NCBI GenBank assembly: GCA_963836755.1
Contig: CAWIKF010000002.1
Coordinates: 1,184,001 to 1,248,000, forward strand
Direction: 5' to 3'
Length of the DNA: 64,000 bases
Origin: an uncultured Verrucomicrobiae bacterium
Lineage (GTDB): Bacteria; Verrucomicrobiota; Verrucomicrobiia; Chthoniobacterales; Chthoniobacteraceae
In this document: positions 23,648 through 32,630 of the stretch, piece after piece
Numbering within the stretch: the stretch's first letter is position 1
How the letters are laid out: each line of letters begins with the position of its first letter
Made by a program: the position numbers and the translations under genes
The notes under the pieces: generated by a model
Database searches by the model: none
What the model was told of the DNA's origin: nothing
What the model saw: only the letters and a program-made list of their open reading frames with translations

Positions 23648-23731
23648 TCACAAAAACGTGTCAGCGCGCGCAAAAGGCCGTCTGCACTCGCGCGGCAACG
23701 GATGGTGAAACTTTGATCGCAATTCAAACGC

Positions 23732-24502
23732 TCACGCAAAGCGCGCGCGAAACATCGCGCTGACCCAGACGGAAAAGAGCCGCGCATTTCCCAAAAGCTC
23801 ATGCGCGAATGCCCGCGCGGTGACGTGCGGCGAGGCGATGATGAGCAGCAGCGTCAGCACGAGCAGATTCATCAAGTAAATGATGACGAGCGAAAAAAAC
23901 GTCCCGTAATACGTGAGGTCGGTTTGCCCGCGCGGAATCATCCAGAGCGTGAAGGAAATGTGGAAGGCCCATGTCGCGCCGATCAAGGCGTAGAGCCAGC
24001 GGTGATACGGCTCGACGTGATAGAACAAGCCGATGCCGCCGTAAATCGCGATGACGAGGATCGAGTAAAGCGGGAAAAAGTAGGGCGCGAGCGCGATCCA
24101 GAAATTGTGTTTGTCGCTGATGATGTGGCCGCCGTCGCTGCTGACGTTAAACTCGGAAACGCGGCCGCCCATCATCCAGACCCAGAGCGCGTGCGTCGCT
24201 TCGTGGCCGAAAACGTAGATCCAAAGCGGTCGCGGCAGGCCGAAAAAAACAATCGTCCAAAGCAGTGCTCCCAGCGCGAAAAACCAAAATTCTTCCGACG
24301 CCCAAAAATGATGCTGCAGCGTGGCGCGTGAGAAGCAGGAGAAAAAAGTTTTCGTCCAGATGCCGGCGAGCGGCAGCAGAAAGACGCCGATGACGGTGTT
24401 GATCCACCAAAGCGGAATCATCAGCGGCTCACGCGCGGCGCGACCCCGCGGCGAACGCTGAGTCGCAGCGGCGGGGCGTGGCTTGCGTCGGACGTTTGGC
24501 AT
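23732..24502 (-). CDS. Membrane protein, M50-like metallopeptidase
   Basis: Multiple TM helices, HEATH (HExxH), LAPYFFP. Confidence 0.65.
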   Translation of the reverse strand: MPNVRRKPRPAAATQRSPRGRAAREPLMIPLWWINTVIGVFLLPLAGIWTKTFFSCFSRATLQHHFWASEEFWFFALGALLWTIVFFGLPRPLWIYVFGHEATHALWVWMMGGRVSEFNVSSDGGHIISDKHNFWIALAPYFFPLYSILVIAIYGGIGLFYHVEPYHRWLYALIGATWAFHISFTLWMIPRGQTDLTYYGTFFSLVIIYLMNLLVLTLLLIIASPHVTARAFAHELLGNARLFSVWVSAMFRARFA

Positions 24503-24605
24503 GCGATGCAGCCATTTTTTGGCAGTCCCTCCACGCGATGTCGAAGAATCTGTTTCCGAATTTTATCCGCCGGCAAACGGACGAGCGCCAGGCTCGCGGG
24601 CAGAG

Positions 24606-25163
24606 CTACGCGCGGCCCATGTAGGCGCCGGTGCGCGTGTCGACTTTGATCAGCTCGCCTTCCTTGATGAAGAGCGGGACGGTGATGCTCTTCCCGGTTT
24701 CGAGCACGGCCGGTTTTTGCACGTTGTTCGCGCTGTCGCCGCGGACGCCTTCGGCGGACTCGATGACTTTGATGTGCACCGATGCGGGCATTTCCAGCTG
24801 GGCCGGTTTTCCCTCGATGGAAAGCACCTGCACCTTGAGATTTTCCACGAGATAATCTTTCCCGTCGCCGAGCAGAGCCTCATCGAGCGTGATCGTCTCG
24901 TAGGTGCCGGGGTCCATGAAGTGATAGCCCTGGTGATCTTTGTAGGAAAATTCCAGCTCCTGCCGTTGCACGTCCACCGTTTCGATTTTGTCCGTCGAGC
25001 CGAAGCGGACATCGGCGCTTTTGCCGGTATTAATATAGCGGATGATCGCCTGCACGAACGCGCGGAGATTGCCCGGCGTGCGGTGCTGGACTTCGAGGAC
25101 GATGGCCGGGTTGCCGTTGTAACGGATGGCCATGCCTTTGCGGAGATCGTTTGCGAGTGCCAT
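24606..25163 (-). CDS. efp: Elongation factor P
   Basis: ANDLRKG, HRTPGNLRAFV, VPLFIKEGE, DTRTGAYMGRA; 185 aa from ATG 25163. Confidence 0.97.
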   Translation of the reverse strand: MALANDLRKGMAIRYNGNPAIVLEVQHRTPGNLRAFVQAIIRYINTGKSADVRFGSTDKIETVDVQRQELEFSYKDHQGYHFMDPGTYETITLDEALLGDGKDYLVENLKVQVLSIEGKPAQLEMPASVHIKVIESAEGVRGDSANNVQKPAVLETGKSITVPLFIKEGELIKVDTRTGAYMGRA

Positions 25164-25196
25164 GGAGAAAGTGCGGTGGTTTGGAGGTGGGCGCGT

Positions 25197-25225
25197 AGTA
25201 TTGCCGCGCCTCCGTGTCGAGTCAA
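25197..25225 (-). promoter_or_regulatory. Sigma70-type promoter of efp
   Basis: Minus strand TTGACT-17 nt-AATACT upstream of the efp ATG. Confidence 0.6.
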
Positions 25226-25280
25226 AGGGAAGATTCTCCGCTCGCGGTGAATGGCGCGTGCCGCTCCTGCGGAAAAAGTT

Positions 25281-25490
25281 TCCGTCGCGACGGGAGGGTG
25301 CGGCTTCGCGACGGGAAGCGCTGCCGTCGCGACGGGATTCATTTCCTTCGCGACGGTTTTGATTTCCTTCGCCACGGGAAAGGCTGCCGTCCGCGCGGCG
25401 GCGATTCCCTTCGCGCCGGGCGGCGCATCCGTCGGGCGGGGAATGTTTCCCGTCGCGAAGCCGGGGATTCCCCTCGGGACGGGAAAGGCG
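25281..25490. repeat. Array of ten 21-bp degenerate tandem repeats with palindromic core
   Basis: Units start every 21 bp without indels (25281, 25302, 25323 ... 25470); consensus nCC(G/T)TCGCGACGGGA plus 6 variable nt; CCGTCGCGACGG is a perfect palindrome. Confidence 0.9.
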
Positions 25491-25565
25491 GGCGCGGGGA
25501 CGAATTGGCTTGCCGCGGGTCGGGCGGGCGGTTTCGATGCGGAGGAAGCGGAATTTTTTTGACCC

Positions 25566-26267
25566 ATGTCCACACCTTATTACCCTGAAACCATCGAAGG
25601 CCGCGCGGATTGGTGGCAAAACAAGATCGACAAGATCGGCATCATCACCGCGCTCGATGCCGAGGCCGCGCCGGCCATCCTCGAGGATGCGAAGATGGCG
25701 GTTTACCTCTATCGGACGCTGCCGGGGCTCTACGATACGTTCGTCGTCCAGGTGCACGGCTACATCAACTCCTACCTCACCGGCGCCGTGGGAACGCCCG
25801 CGCCGAAAGTGATGCCGCTGCCTGCCTGGCCAGCGATGCCCGTGACGGGCGTGGTCTCGGGAATCGAGGGCCGACGCGTGAAATGGGTGCCCGTTTTAAA
25901 AAACAGCACCGGCTATGAGCCGACGAACCAAGGAGTCGCGTTGCTGCTCGAGTCCGTGGGCGGGGCCTTCCAGCCGGACAGTTACAAGGCGGAGATCGTC
26001 TCGGTGGAAAGCCTGGCGGTGGCGCAGGTGATGGTGAAATTCCGCAAGGCGCGCGGTGCGATCACCGGCATGGCTTTCAACGGGCGCAAGACCGGGACCG
26101 GAACTTTCCTCGACCTCGGGCGCTTCACGGTGACGCCGGCGAGCCTGCACATCCCGATCGGCACGCCGGGGCAGGCGGAGCTGTGGGAAATCCAGGGGCA
26201 GGCGTTTAAGGGCGACACACTCATCGGCACGCCAAGCAGTATCTCGGAAGTGCTGGTGCGCGGGTAG
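25566..26267 (+). CDS. Hypothetical protein (predicted helical N-half, Pro-rich linker, beta-rich C-half)
   Basis: 233-aa ATG ORF with GC3-rich coding pattern; no signal peptide or recognised catalytic motif. Confidence 0.75.
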   Translation: MSTPYYPETIEGRADWWQNKIDKIGIITALDAEAAPAILEDAKMAVYLYRTLPGLYDTFVVQVHGYINSYLTGAVGTPAPKVMPLPAWPAMPVTGVVSGIEGRRVKWVPVLKNSTGYEPTNQGVALLLESVGGAFQPDSYKAEIVSVESLAVAQVMVKFRKARGAITGMAFNGRKTGTGTFLDLGRFTVTPASLHIPIGTPGQAELWEIQGQAFKGDTLIGTPSSISEVLVRG

Positions 26268-26293
26268 GGCGTGGCGACGGCGGGAACGCGCGT

Positions 26294-27409
26294 CTAGCTG
26301 TCGGTGCCCGGCGCGGTGCGGGACTCCATCGGGATGGCGTTGCGGAAATGGACGTCGCGCTGCGGAAACGGAATCTCGACGCCGGCGGCGCGAAGTTTTT
26401 TCTCAATGGCGAAGTTCAGGTCGCTGCGAAAGCGGCGCGGGCGATCGCTCATCTCGTTACTCCAGACGACGAGTTGAAAGTTGAGCGAGCTGTCGCCAAA
26501 CGCGTCGAAGAAAACCGTCGGCGCTGGATTCGCGAGCGCGGCCGGATGCTCGCGCGCGACCTCGATGAGGCAGGCGCAAACTTTTTCCACATCGGACCCG
26601 TAGGCGACGCCGATGGGGATGCGGAAGCGGACTTTGGGATCGCCGACGCTCCAGTTCGTGACGGTTTCTTTCACGAAATAGGAGTTCGGGACGATGAGGG
26701 CGATGTTGTCGTTGGTGACAATCGTCGTGCTGCGCGCGCGGATTTGGCGCACCGCGCCGGCGGCACTGCCGACCTCGACGCGGTCGCCGATGGCGATCGG
26801 GCGCTCGGCGAGAATGATGAGACCGCTGAGAAAGTTGCTCGCGATTTCCTGCAAGCCGAGGCCGACGCCGACACCGACCGCGCCTGCAAAAACCGTGAGA
26901 GCCGAGAGATCGATGCCCGCATTTTGCGCGACGACGAAACAGCCCAGGACGAGGACGACGTAGCCGGTGATCTGGCTCACCGTGTATTGCATCGCGCGGT
27001 CCATTCCGCTGCGCGAAAGGAAGCGGTTTAAAAGAAAACGCTTCGCGAGCGACGACGCCCAGAACACGAGCACGACCATCACGACGAGGCGCAAGATGCC
27101 GGTGAGGCTGAGGCCGATGCCCGGCAGCGGCGCCGCCCAATTGATCGGCAGCCCGGCGATGTTCAGCCCGATCAAGACCGCGGTCACGAAAACCGCGAGG
27201 CTCATGCAGGCGGTGACGAAGGCGACGACTCCTTTTTCCAGGCCGAACCGGGTGAGCCATCTCCGCATCCGCTCGCTTTGCAGAAAGCCGGACCCCGCAA
27301 GCCCGATGAGGAACGCAAGCCCGAAGCCAGCCATCCCCGCGATGGAAAGATGATGCCCGAAGAGCGGGAAGCGGTTTTCAAAAAGCCACGCGGAGTTCAT
27401 CCCTCCCAT
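26294..27409 (-). CDS. MscS family mechanosensitive ion channel
   Basis: GVGVGLGLQ..SNFLSG, IGDRVEV, IVPNS, FGDSSLNF, IPFPQR. Confidence 0.92.
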   Translation of the reverse strand: MGGMNSAWLFENRFPLFGHHLSIAGMAGFGLAFLIGLAGSGFLQSERMRRWLTRFGLEKGVVAFVTACMSLAVFVTAVLIGLNIAGLPINWAAPLPGIGLSLTGILRLVVMVVLVFWASSLAKRFLLNRFLSRSGMDRAMQYTVSQITGYVVLVLGCFVVAQNAGIDLSALTVFAGAVGVGVGLGLQEIASNFLSGLIILAERPIAIGDRVEVGSAAGAVRQIRARSTTIVTNDNIALIVPNSYFVKETVTNWSVGDPKVRFRIPIGVAYGSDVEKVCACLIEVAREHPAALANPAPTVFFDAFGDSSLNFQLVVWSNEMSDRPRRFRSDLNFAIEKKLRAAGVEIPFPQRDVHFRNAIPMESRTAPGTDS

Positions 27410-27494
27410 TACGAAATGCGGAGAGGGATTGCTCGCATCGTGGACTTGTCGCGCGTCAGTTCGTGAAGCCCGGATCCTGGATTGAGAACGCCGA

Positions 27495-28886
27495 TCACTT
27501 TTTCTTTTCCAGCGTGCAGTTCACCAGCTTCACGTCGGCATCGCGCACAACGTCCGGTTTTTGCACGTCCTTGAAGGTGGAATTGTAAATGCGCACGCCG
27601 CTGATGGTCGCGCCGGGGAATCCTCGCACGTTGAGCACTCGCGGTGTGTGCGCGACGGTGATGTTTTGCATGACGATGTTTTTCGCGGCCGGCATGAAAT
27701 CGCCGTTCGCGCCTTCTTCGTAAAGGAAGTCGATTTGCAGCACGGAATCTTTCACGAGGCCGACGTTGATGTTGCGCATGAAGATGTTTTGCTGCACGCC
27801 GCCGCGCATGGCGTTGGATTTCAAACGGAGCACGCACACCAGGTTCGGGCTGCTCATTTCGCAGTTTTCCACGAAGACGTTGCTGCAACCGCCGGAGATT
27901 TCGCTGCCAATCGCGACGTCCGCGTGCCCGTCGCGCATGGTGCAATTGCGGACGATGATGTTTTGCGACGGCACGCCGATGCGTCGCCCGTCGTTGTTGC
28001 GCCCGGATTTGATGGCAATGCAATCGTCGCCGGTGTCGAAGGTGCAGTTGTCGATCAGCACATCGTTGCAACTTTCGGGGTCGCATCCGTCGTTGTTGGG
28101 ACCGTGCGAGAAAATATCGACGCCGGTCACGGTGAAGTTTGTGCAAAGGAGCGGATGCAGCTCCCACATCGGCGAACGGCGGATGCGGACGCCTTGAATC
28201 AAGACATTGCGGCATCGGTTGAACTCGACAAAGCTCGGGCGCAGAAAATCGCCCTGTCCGAAACGGCGCTGATCCACCGGCACGCTGTCGTTATTCATTT
28301 CCTCGAGCCGCCGGCGCGCAGCGAGCTGGTTGTTCGTGCCGCCCTTGAGCCCCTTCCACGCGAGCCAATTCGATTCGTCCGCTTGTCCATCGAGCGTGCC
28401 GTCACCGGTCACGGCGATATTTGACGCGTCAAAGGCGCGAATCAGCGGCGAGTAGTTGAAGCACTCCATGCTTTCGAAACGCGTGAGCACCACGGGCAAA
28501 TAAGCTTTTGGATCGGTGCTAAATTTTAAAACGGCCTTGGTGTCGAGGTGGAGATCGACGTTGTTTTTCAATTCGATGGCTCCGGTAAAAAATTCGCCGA
28601 CCGGAACCACGACATGACCGCCGCCCGCCTTTTCACATGTCTCGATCGCGCGGGCAATCGCGCGGGTGCAATCTGTTTTCCCATCCGCCACCGCGCCAAA
28701 GTCGGTGATGACAAAGTTACGTTTAGGAAACTGAGGGGCAACGATTCGCTCGAGGATTTCCGGCACTTGCGACCAATCCGCGCTGGTCTGCGGCGGCGCC
28801 GCTGCATCGGCTGCCGCTGGAATGAGGCAAAAAAGCACGGCGTTCAAACCGGCGAACGGCCAGAACGAAGATTTTTTTCGGTGCAT
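27495..28886 (-). CDS. Secreted GH28 polygalacturonase-like enzyme
   Basis: Signal peptide; NNDG, GDDC, DGH, GSE, RLKS catalytic motifs. Confidence 0.9.
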   Translation of the reverse strand: MHRKKSSFWPFAGLNAVLFCLIPAAADAAAPPQTSADWSQVPEILERIVAPQFPKRNFVITDFGAVADGKTDCTRAIARAIETCEKAGGGHVVVPVGEFFTGAIELKNNVDLHLDTKAVLKFSTDPKAYLPVVLTRFESMECFNYSPLIRAFDASNIAVTGDGTLDGQADESNWLAWKGLKGGTNNQLAARRRLEEMNNDSVPVDQRRFGQGDFLRPSFVEFNRCRNVLIQGVRIRRSPMWELHPLLCTNFTVTGVDIFSHGPNNDGCDPESCNDVLIDNCTFDTGDDCIAIKSGRNNDGRRIGVPSQNIIVRNCTMRDGHADVAIGSEISGGCSNVFVENCEMSSPNLVCVLRLKSNAMRGGVQQNIFMRNINVGLVKDSVLQIDFLYEEGANGDFMPAAKNIVMQNITVAHTPRVLNVRGFPGATISGVRIYNSTFKDVQKPDVVRDADVKLVNCTLEKKK

Positions 28887-28986
28887 GATCTAAATTAGCA
28901 CCGGGGAAGATCAATGTCGGCTCCGCCGCTTGACAGCGGCCGCGTTTCTCGCATAAGAGCGACGCCGGTTTGAAAACTTTTAGCAC

Positions 28987-30810
28987 GTGGAACTGAGTCT
29001 CGGCGAGCATCGGCCGCGCAATGTCGGCTGGACGCGGGCCGCGGCGCTGCTTTACGGCGACTGGGGCACGAGCAAGGCCTACGTGCTCGGGCTCGCATTC
29101 GCGGTCGCGGGATTTTCCTCGCTGCCGATCATCCTCGCAGTCTGCGGGCTCACCGGTCTCGTCGGCATCAACTACGCGGTGATCTGCCGCTATTTTCCCG
29201 ACGGCGGCGGCGTTTACTCCGCGGCGCGCTCGCAGGGCCGACTGCTCGCCGTGGTCGGCGCGCTGCTTTTGGTGGCGGATCTGACGGTGACGGCGGCGTT
29301 GAGCGGCTGGTCGGCGCTGAGTTATTTCAACATTCCGATTTTAAAGGAGCACATCGTTTTCTCCACGGTCGGCGTGCTGCTTTTCATGGGCTGGGTCAAT
29401 TGGTTCGGGCCAAAGCACAGCGGCAGTTTTGCCGTCGCGCTTTCGGTGCCGGTCGTGATCGTGGTGCTGGTGCTGATCGGGATCAGTATCCCGCATCTCA
29501 CGCTGCACAATATCGAACCGTTGCATGAAAATCTCGGCCACGTTTGGGTGCAATTTGTCGGCGTCATTCTCGCGCTCAGCGGCGTCGAGGCGATCGCGAA
29601 TTTGACCGGCGTGATGAAGCTCGATCCGGGCTCGACGAATGACGAGCCGAAGGTGGGACGCGAGGCTTCAAAGGCGATCTGGCCGGTCGCGGTGGAAGTC
29701 GTCTTCGGCACGGCGCTGCTCGGCTGGGCGATGCTTTCGATTCCAAAAAAGTTTGCGCCGGAGATGACGGGCCGCGCGGACGACATGCTCCGTTTCGTGG
29801 CGGAAAAGTTTGGCACGATGACGATTGCGCCGTGGTTTGGCCATGCGTTCGGCTGGGTCGTCGGCATCGTTTTTTTCCTGCTGCTGCTCAGTGCCGCGAA
29901 CACCGCGATCGTCGCGATGATCGGCCTGCTTTTCATGATGGCGCGCGATGGCGAAATGCCGCGGCAATTCAAAAAGCTCAACAGCCACGGCGTCCCGCTT
30001 GTGCCGCTTTGCATCGCCGTCGGGCTGCCGGTGATCGTGCTGCTCGCGTCCGCTGATTTTCAGGCGCTCGCCGGCCTTTACGCGATCGGCGTCGTCGGCG
30101 CGATCACGACCAATCTCGGCTCGTGCACTTTTAATCGCGGCATTCCATTCACGTGGCTCGACCGCGCGCTTTTTTGCGCGACGTTTGTGATTTTATTCTG
30201 CGTGGAAATCACGCTCGCGCGGACAAAACCGGATGCACTTTTCTTCGTCGTCTGCGTGCTGGGCCTCGGCCTCGCGTTGCGCGCCTGGTCGCAAAAGCGG
30301 GCGGGTTTGACAAGCGTCACCGTCACGCGCGAAGTGGCGCAGATAGTGAATCCGGAGACGATCGCGAAGCTGCAGCGCGAGCTGAAGGAAGGCGAAAAAA
30401 TCATGGTCGCCGTGCGCGGTATCACGCCGGTGCTGCGGTTCGCGCTCGAGGAGGCGCAGCTGCGCAAGGCGATGCTCTGCGTGCTCTACGTGAAGGAGGT
30501 CGCGGTTTATTTCCCGAGCGGTCCATCGGTCAGGGGCCGCGCGCGATGGCAGGACGATGATCACGCGTCCGCGATCATGAGTTTGGTGCTAAAAATCGGG
30601 CAGGAAAAAGGAGTCACGGTCGCGCCGATTTTCGCCGTGAGCGAGGATCCCGCGACTACGATCCTGGACCTCGCGGCGACGCTCGGCATCGATTACATGA
30701 TGCTCGGCGCGTCGCACCGCATCTCGATGACGAAGCTCCTGAAGGGCAACGTCGTCGAGCGCGTCGCCGCCGGTTTGCCGGAGGACATTCAGCTCATCAT
30801 TCACGGTTGA
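28987..30810 (+). CDS. APC-superfamily transporter with C-terminal USP-like domain
   Basis: About 12 TM helices, GGGVYS, SGVEAIAN; C-terminal MLGASHR..LLKGNVVERV USP motif. Confidence 0.82.
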   Translation: MELSLGEHRPRNVGWTRAAALLYGDWGTSKAYVLGLAFAVAGFSSLPIILAVCGLTGLVGINYAVICRYFPDGGGVYSAARSQGRLLAVVGALLLVADLTVTAALSGWSALSYFNIPILKEHIVFSTVGVLLFMGWVNWFGPKHSGSFAVALSVPVVIVVLVLIGISIPHLTLHNIEPLHENLGHVWVQFVGVILALSGVEAIANLTGVMKLDPGSTNDEPKVGREASKAIWPVAVEVVFGTALLGWAMLSIPKKFAPEMTGRADDMLRFVAEKFGTMTIAPWFGHAFGWVVGIVFFLLLLSAANTAIVAMIGLLFMMARDGEMPRQFKKLNSHGVPLVPLCIAVGLPVIVLLASADFQALAGLYAIGVVGAITTNLGSCTFNRGIPFTWLDRALFCATFVILFCVEITLARTKPDALFFVVCVLGLGLALRAWSQKRAGLTSVTVTREVAQIVNPETIAKLQRELKEGEKIMVAVRGITPVLRFALEEAQLRKAMLCVLYVKEVAVYFPSGPSVRGRARWQDDDHASAIMSLVLKIGQEKGVTVAPIFAVSEDPATTILDLAATLGIDYMMLGASHRISMTKLLKGNVVERVAAGLPEDIQLIIHG

Positions 30811-30814
30811 ATTT

Positions 30815-31513
30815 ATGAAACTGACTTATCTCAGCCATTCGTGCGTGTTTATCGAAACGGCGACACATCGTTTGATCATCGATCCGTTTCTCACCGGCAA
30901 CGGGAAGGCGCCGATCAAGGCGGACGAGGTGAAGTGCGACTTTGTTCTCGTTACGCACGGCCATTACGATCATCTCGGCGACGCGGTGGAAATCGCGAAG
31001 CGCAACGACGCGACGATTATCTCGACGTATGAAGTCGCCGATTATCTCGCGCAGGAAAAAGTGAAGACGCATGGGATGGGCGTCGGCGGCGCGCACGATT
31101 TTCCGTTTGGCCGCGTGAAGCTGACGATTGCGTTTCATTCCGCTGGCTACGCGCCCGGTGGCGAGCTCAGCCACGGGCAGTTTATTTACCTCGGCAATCC
31201 GGCGGGAATGCTGATCACAGCTGAGGGAAAGACGGTTTACCACGCGGGCGACACGGCGCTCACGCTGGAGATGAAACTGCTCGGCGAGCTGAATAAGATC
31301 GACGTCGCGCTGCTGCCGATTGGCGACAATTTCACGATGGGCGCGGACGATGCCGCGATCGCCGCCGAGTTTTTACGGTGCGGTCTGGCGATTCCGATTC
31401 ACTACAACACGTTCGATCTCATCAACGCCGACGCGCACGCCTTTGTCGAAAAAGTCGAGGCTCGCGGCCAGTGCGCACAAGCCGTCGCGATCGGCGCGAC
31501 GTTGGAAATTTGA
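30815..31513 (+). CDS. Metal-dependent hydrolase, metallo-beta-lactamase fold (UPF0173)
   Basis: THGHYDH, YHAGDT, PIHYNTF. Confidence 0.9.
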   Translation: MKLTYLSHSCVFIETATHRLIIDPFLTGNGKAPIKADEVKCDFVLVTHGHYDHLGDAVEIAKRNDATIISTYEVADYLAQEKVKTHGMGVGGAHDFPFGRVKLTIAFHSAGYAPGGELSHGQFIYLGNPAGMLITAEGKTVYHAGDTALTLEMKLLGELNKIDVALLPIGDNFTMGADDAAIAAEFLRCGLAIPIHYNTFDLINADAHAFVEKVEARGQCAQAVAIGATLEI

Positions 31514-31540
31514 CGGCGTAACTTTTTCCGAATCCGCCAC

Positions 31541-32026
31541 TCATTGGAACCAAAGCCGCCGCGCTTGGTTCGTGAGATGCTTGATGTCCGGCGAATAAGC
31601 CAGCGCGCAGACAATCGCGGCATGCCCGATCGCCGACATCGCCAGAATGAAGGCCGTGGTGTAATGCAGGTCGCCCTCCTGGATTTTCGCGGTCGCGGTG
31701 ATTGCCAAGCCGACCGAGCTCGCGCCGAGCGCGAGGATTAAAAAATAGCGCGCCCAGTTGCGCTGAAACCAAATACCGATGAGCAGCACGGTCGTCCAAA
31801 GAACCGACGCGAGCAGCAACGCCATCCATGCTGAGCGGCTCGCGGCAGTGGCGTAGTAAAGCCCGAACTCGATTGCGCGCAAAGCCACGAAAATTCCGAT
31901 CACCCAGATTCTTCCACGACGAATGCTTGCCTCCATTCGCTTGTAATAGTCAGCGCCACGTTTGCGCTGCGGGGAGAGTTTGCGTGAATTTGATTCCGCC
32001 GCGAGATCAGTATCTTTTCCGCTCAA
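31541..32026 (-). CDS. Hypothetical 4-TM membrane protein
   Basis: Four hydrophobic segments; start uncertain (TTG 32026 or ATG 31936). Confidence 0.6.
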   Translation of the reverse strand: MSGKDTDLAAESNSRKLSPQRKRGADYYKRMEASIRRGRIWVIGIFVALRAIEFGLYYATAASRSAWMALLLASVLWTTVLLIGIWFQRNWARYFLILALGASSVGLAITATAKIQEGDLHYTTAFILAMSAIGHAAIVCALAYSPDIKHLTNQARRLWFQ

Positions 32027-32135
32027 TTGAAGTCAAAGGCCACAGGCTCATATACGCAGCATTCGGGCCAGTCGTCCAAGGAAAAAGCTGGCGCTGAGGC
32101 TTTCAAACGAGCCGGGCGAGCGCCCACTGCTTTGG

Positions 32136-32175
32136 AAAAAAAAGGAGAGGCGCTCCCGTCGCCGGAAGCGCCTCC
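32136..32175 (-). terminator. Intrinsic terminator of rnpB
   Basis: Minus strand GGAGGCGCTTCC-loop-GGGAGCGCCTCT hairpin followed by T8. Confidence 0.75.
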
Positions 32176-32179
32176 TTTG

Positions 32180-32555
32180 TCGAATGACGATAAGCCGAAT
32201 TTTGTCGAGGATGATCATTTCTCTCGCGCGTCGCAGCTTGCGCCGGACGCGCGCCCGCGCGAGCGAGTGCGACTATTACCCGGGAGCGAAGGCCAGGCGG
32301 GCCGCTCCCTGTTTTGTCTTGCACCGCATGGGGTTTTTCGTGCCCCGGAGCTTGCGCGCCGGGCGGTGGGCTTTTACTCCGCCTTTTCACCCGTTCCGCA
32401 CCTGTTTGCACAAGCGCGATGGTTTGTTTTCTGTGACACTTTCCGTCGCACGCGATTTTCACCGCGCGCGCCCGCGTGTTCTCCGCGGCATGCTGCCTTT
32501 TGGTGTTCGGACTTTCCTCTGCCGCATTTCTGCCGCAGCGATCATCTGTCATCCA
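32180..32555 (-). ncRNA. rnpB: RNase P RNA
   Basis: Minus strand has GAGGAAAGTCCG near the 5' end and GACAAAATTCGGCTTA near the 3' end; P1 pairing GGATGAC/GTCATTC. Confidence 0.95.
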
Positions 32556-32630
32556 GTTTTGAAATTAGCCACATTCGCGCACGGGCGCACGAAACATTTT
32601 GCCGCTTGACCCCGCGGCGAGGCAGACGAA

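Noticed and set aside
25281..25490. CRISPR array or parS cluster
   Set aside because: Variable parts are only about 6 nt, repeats are degenerate and no cas genes are present; the palindrome does not match parS consensus TGTTTCACGTGAAACA
24606..25757. 383-aa N-terminally extended EF-P
   Set aside because: Extension runs through the repeat array and antisense to another gene; a normal 185-aa EF-P with its own promoter-like sequence at 25197..25225 explains the locus
15635..27480. Integrative element bounded by a tRNA-Arg att repeat
   Set aside because: No integrase or transposase and no duplication of the tRNA 3' end found by eye
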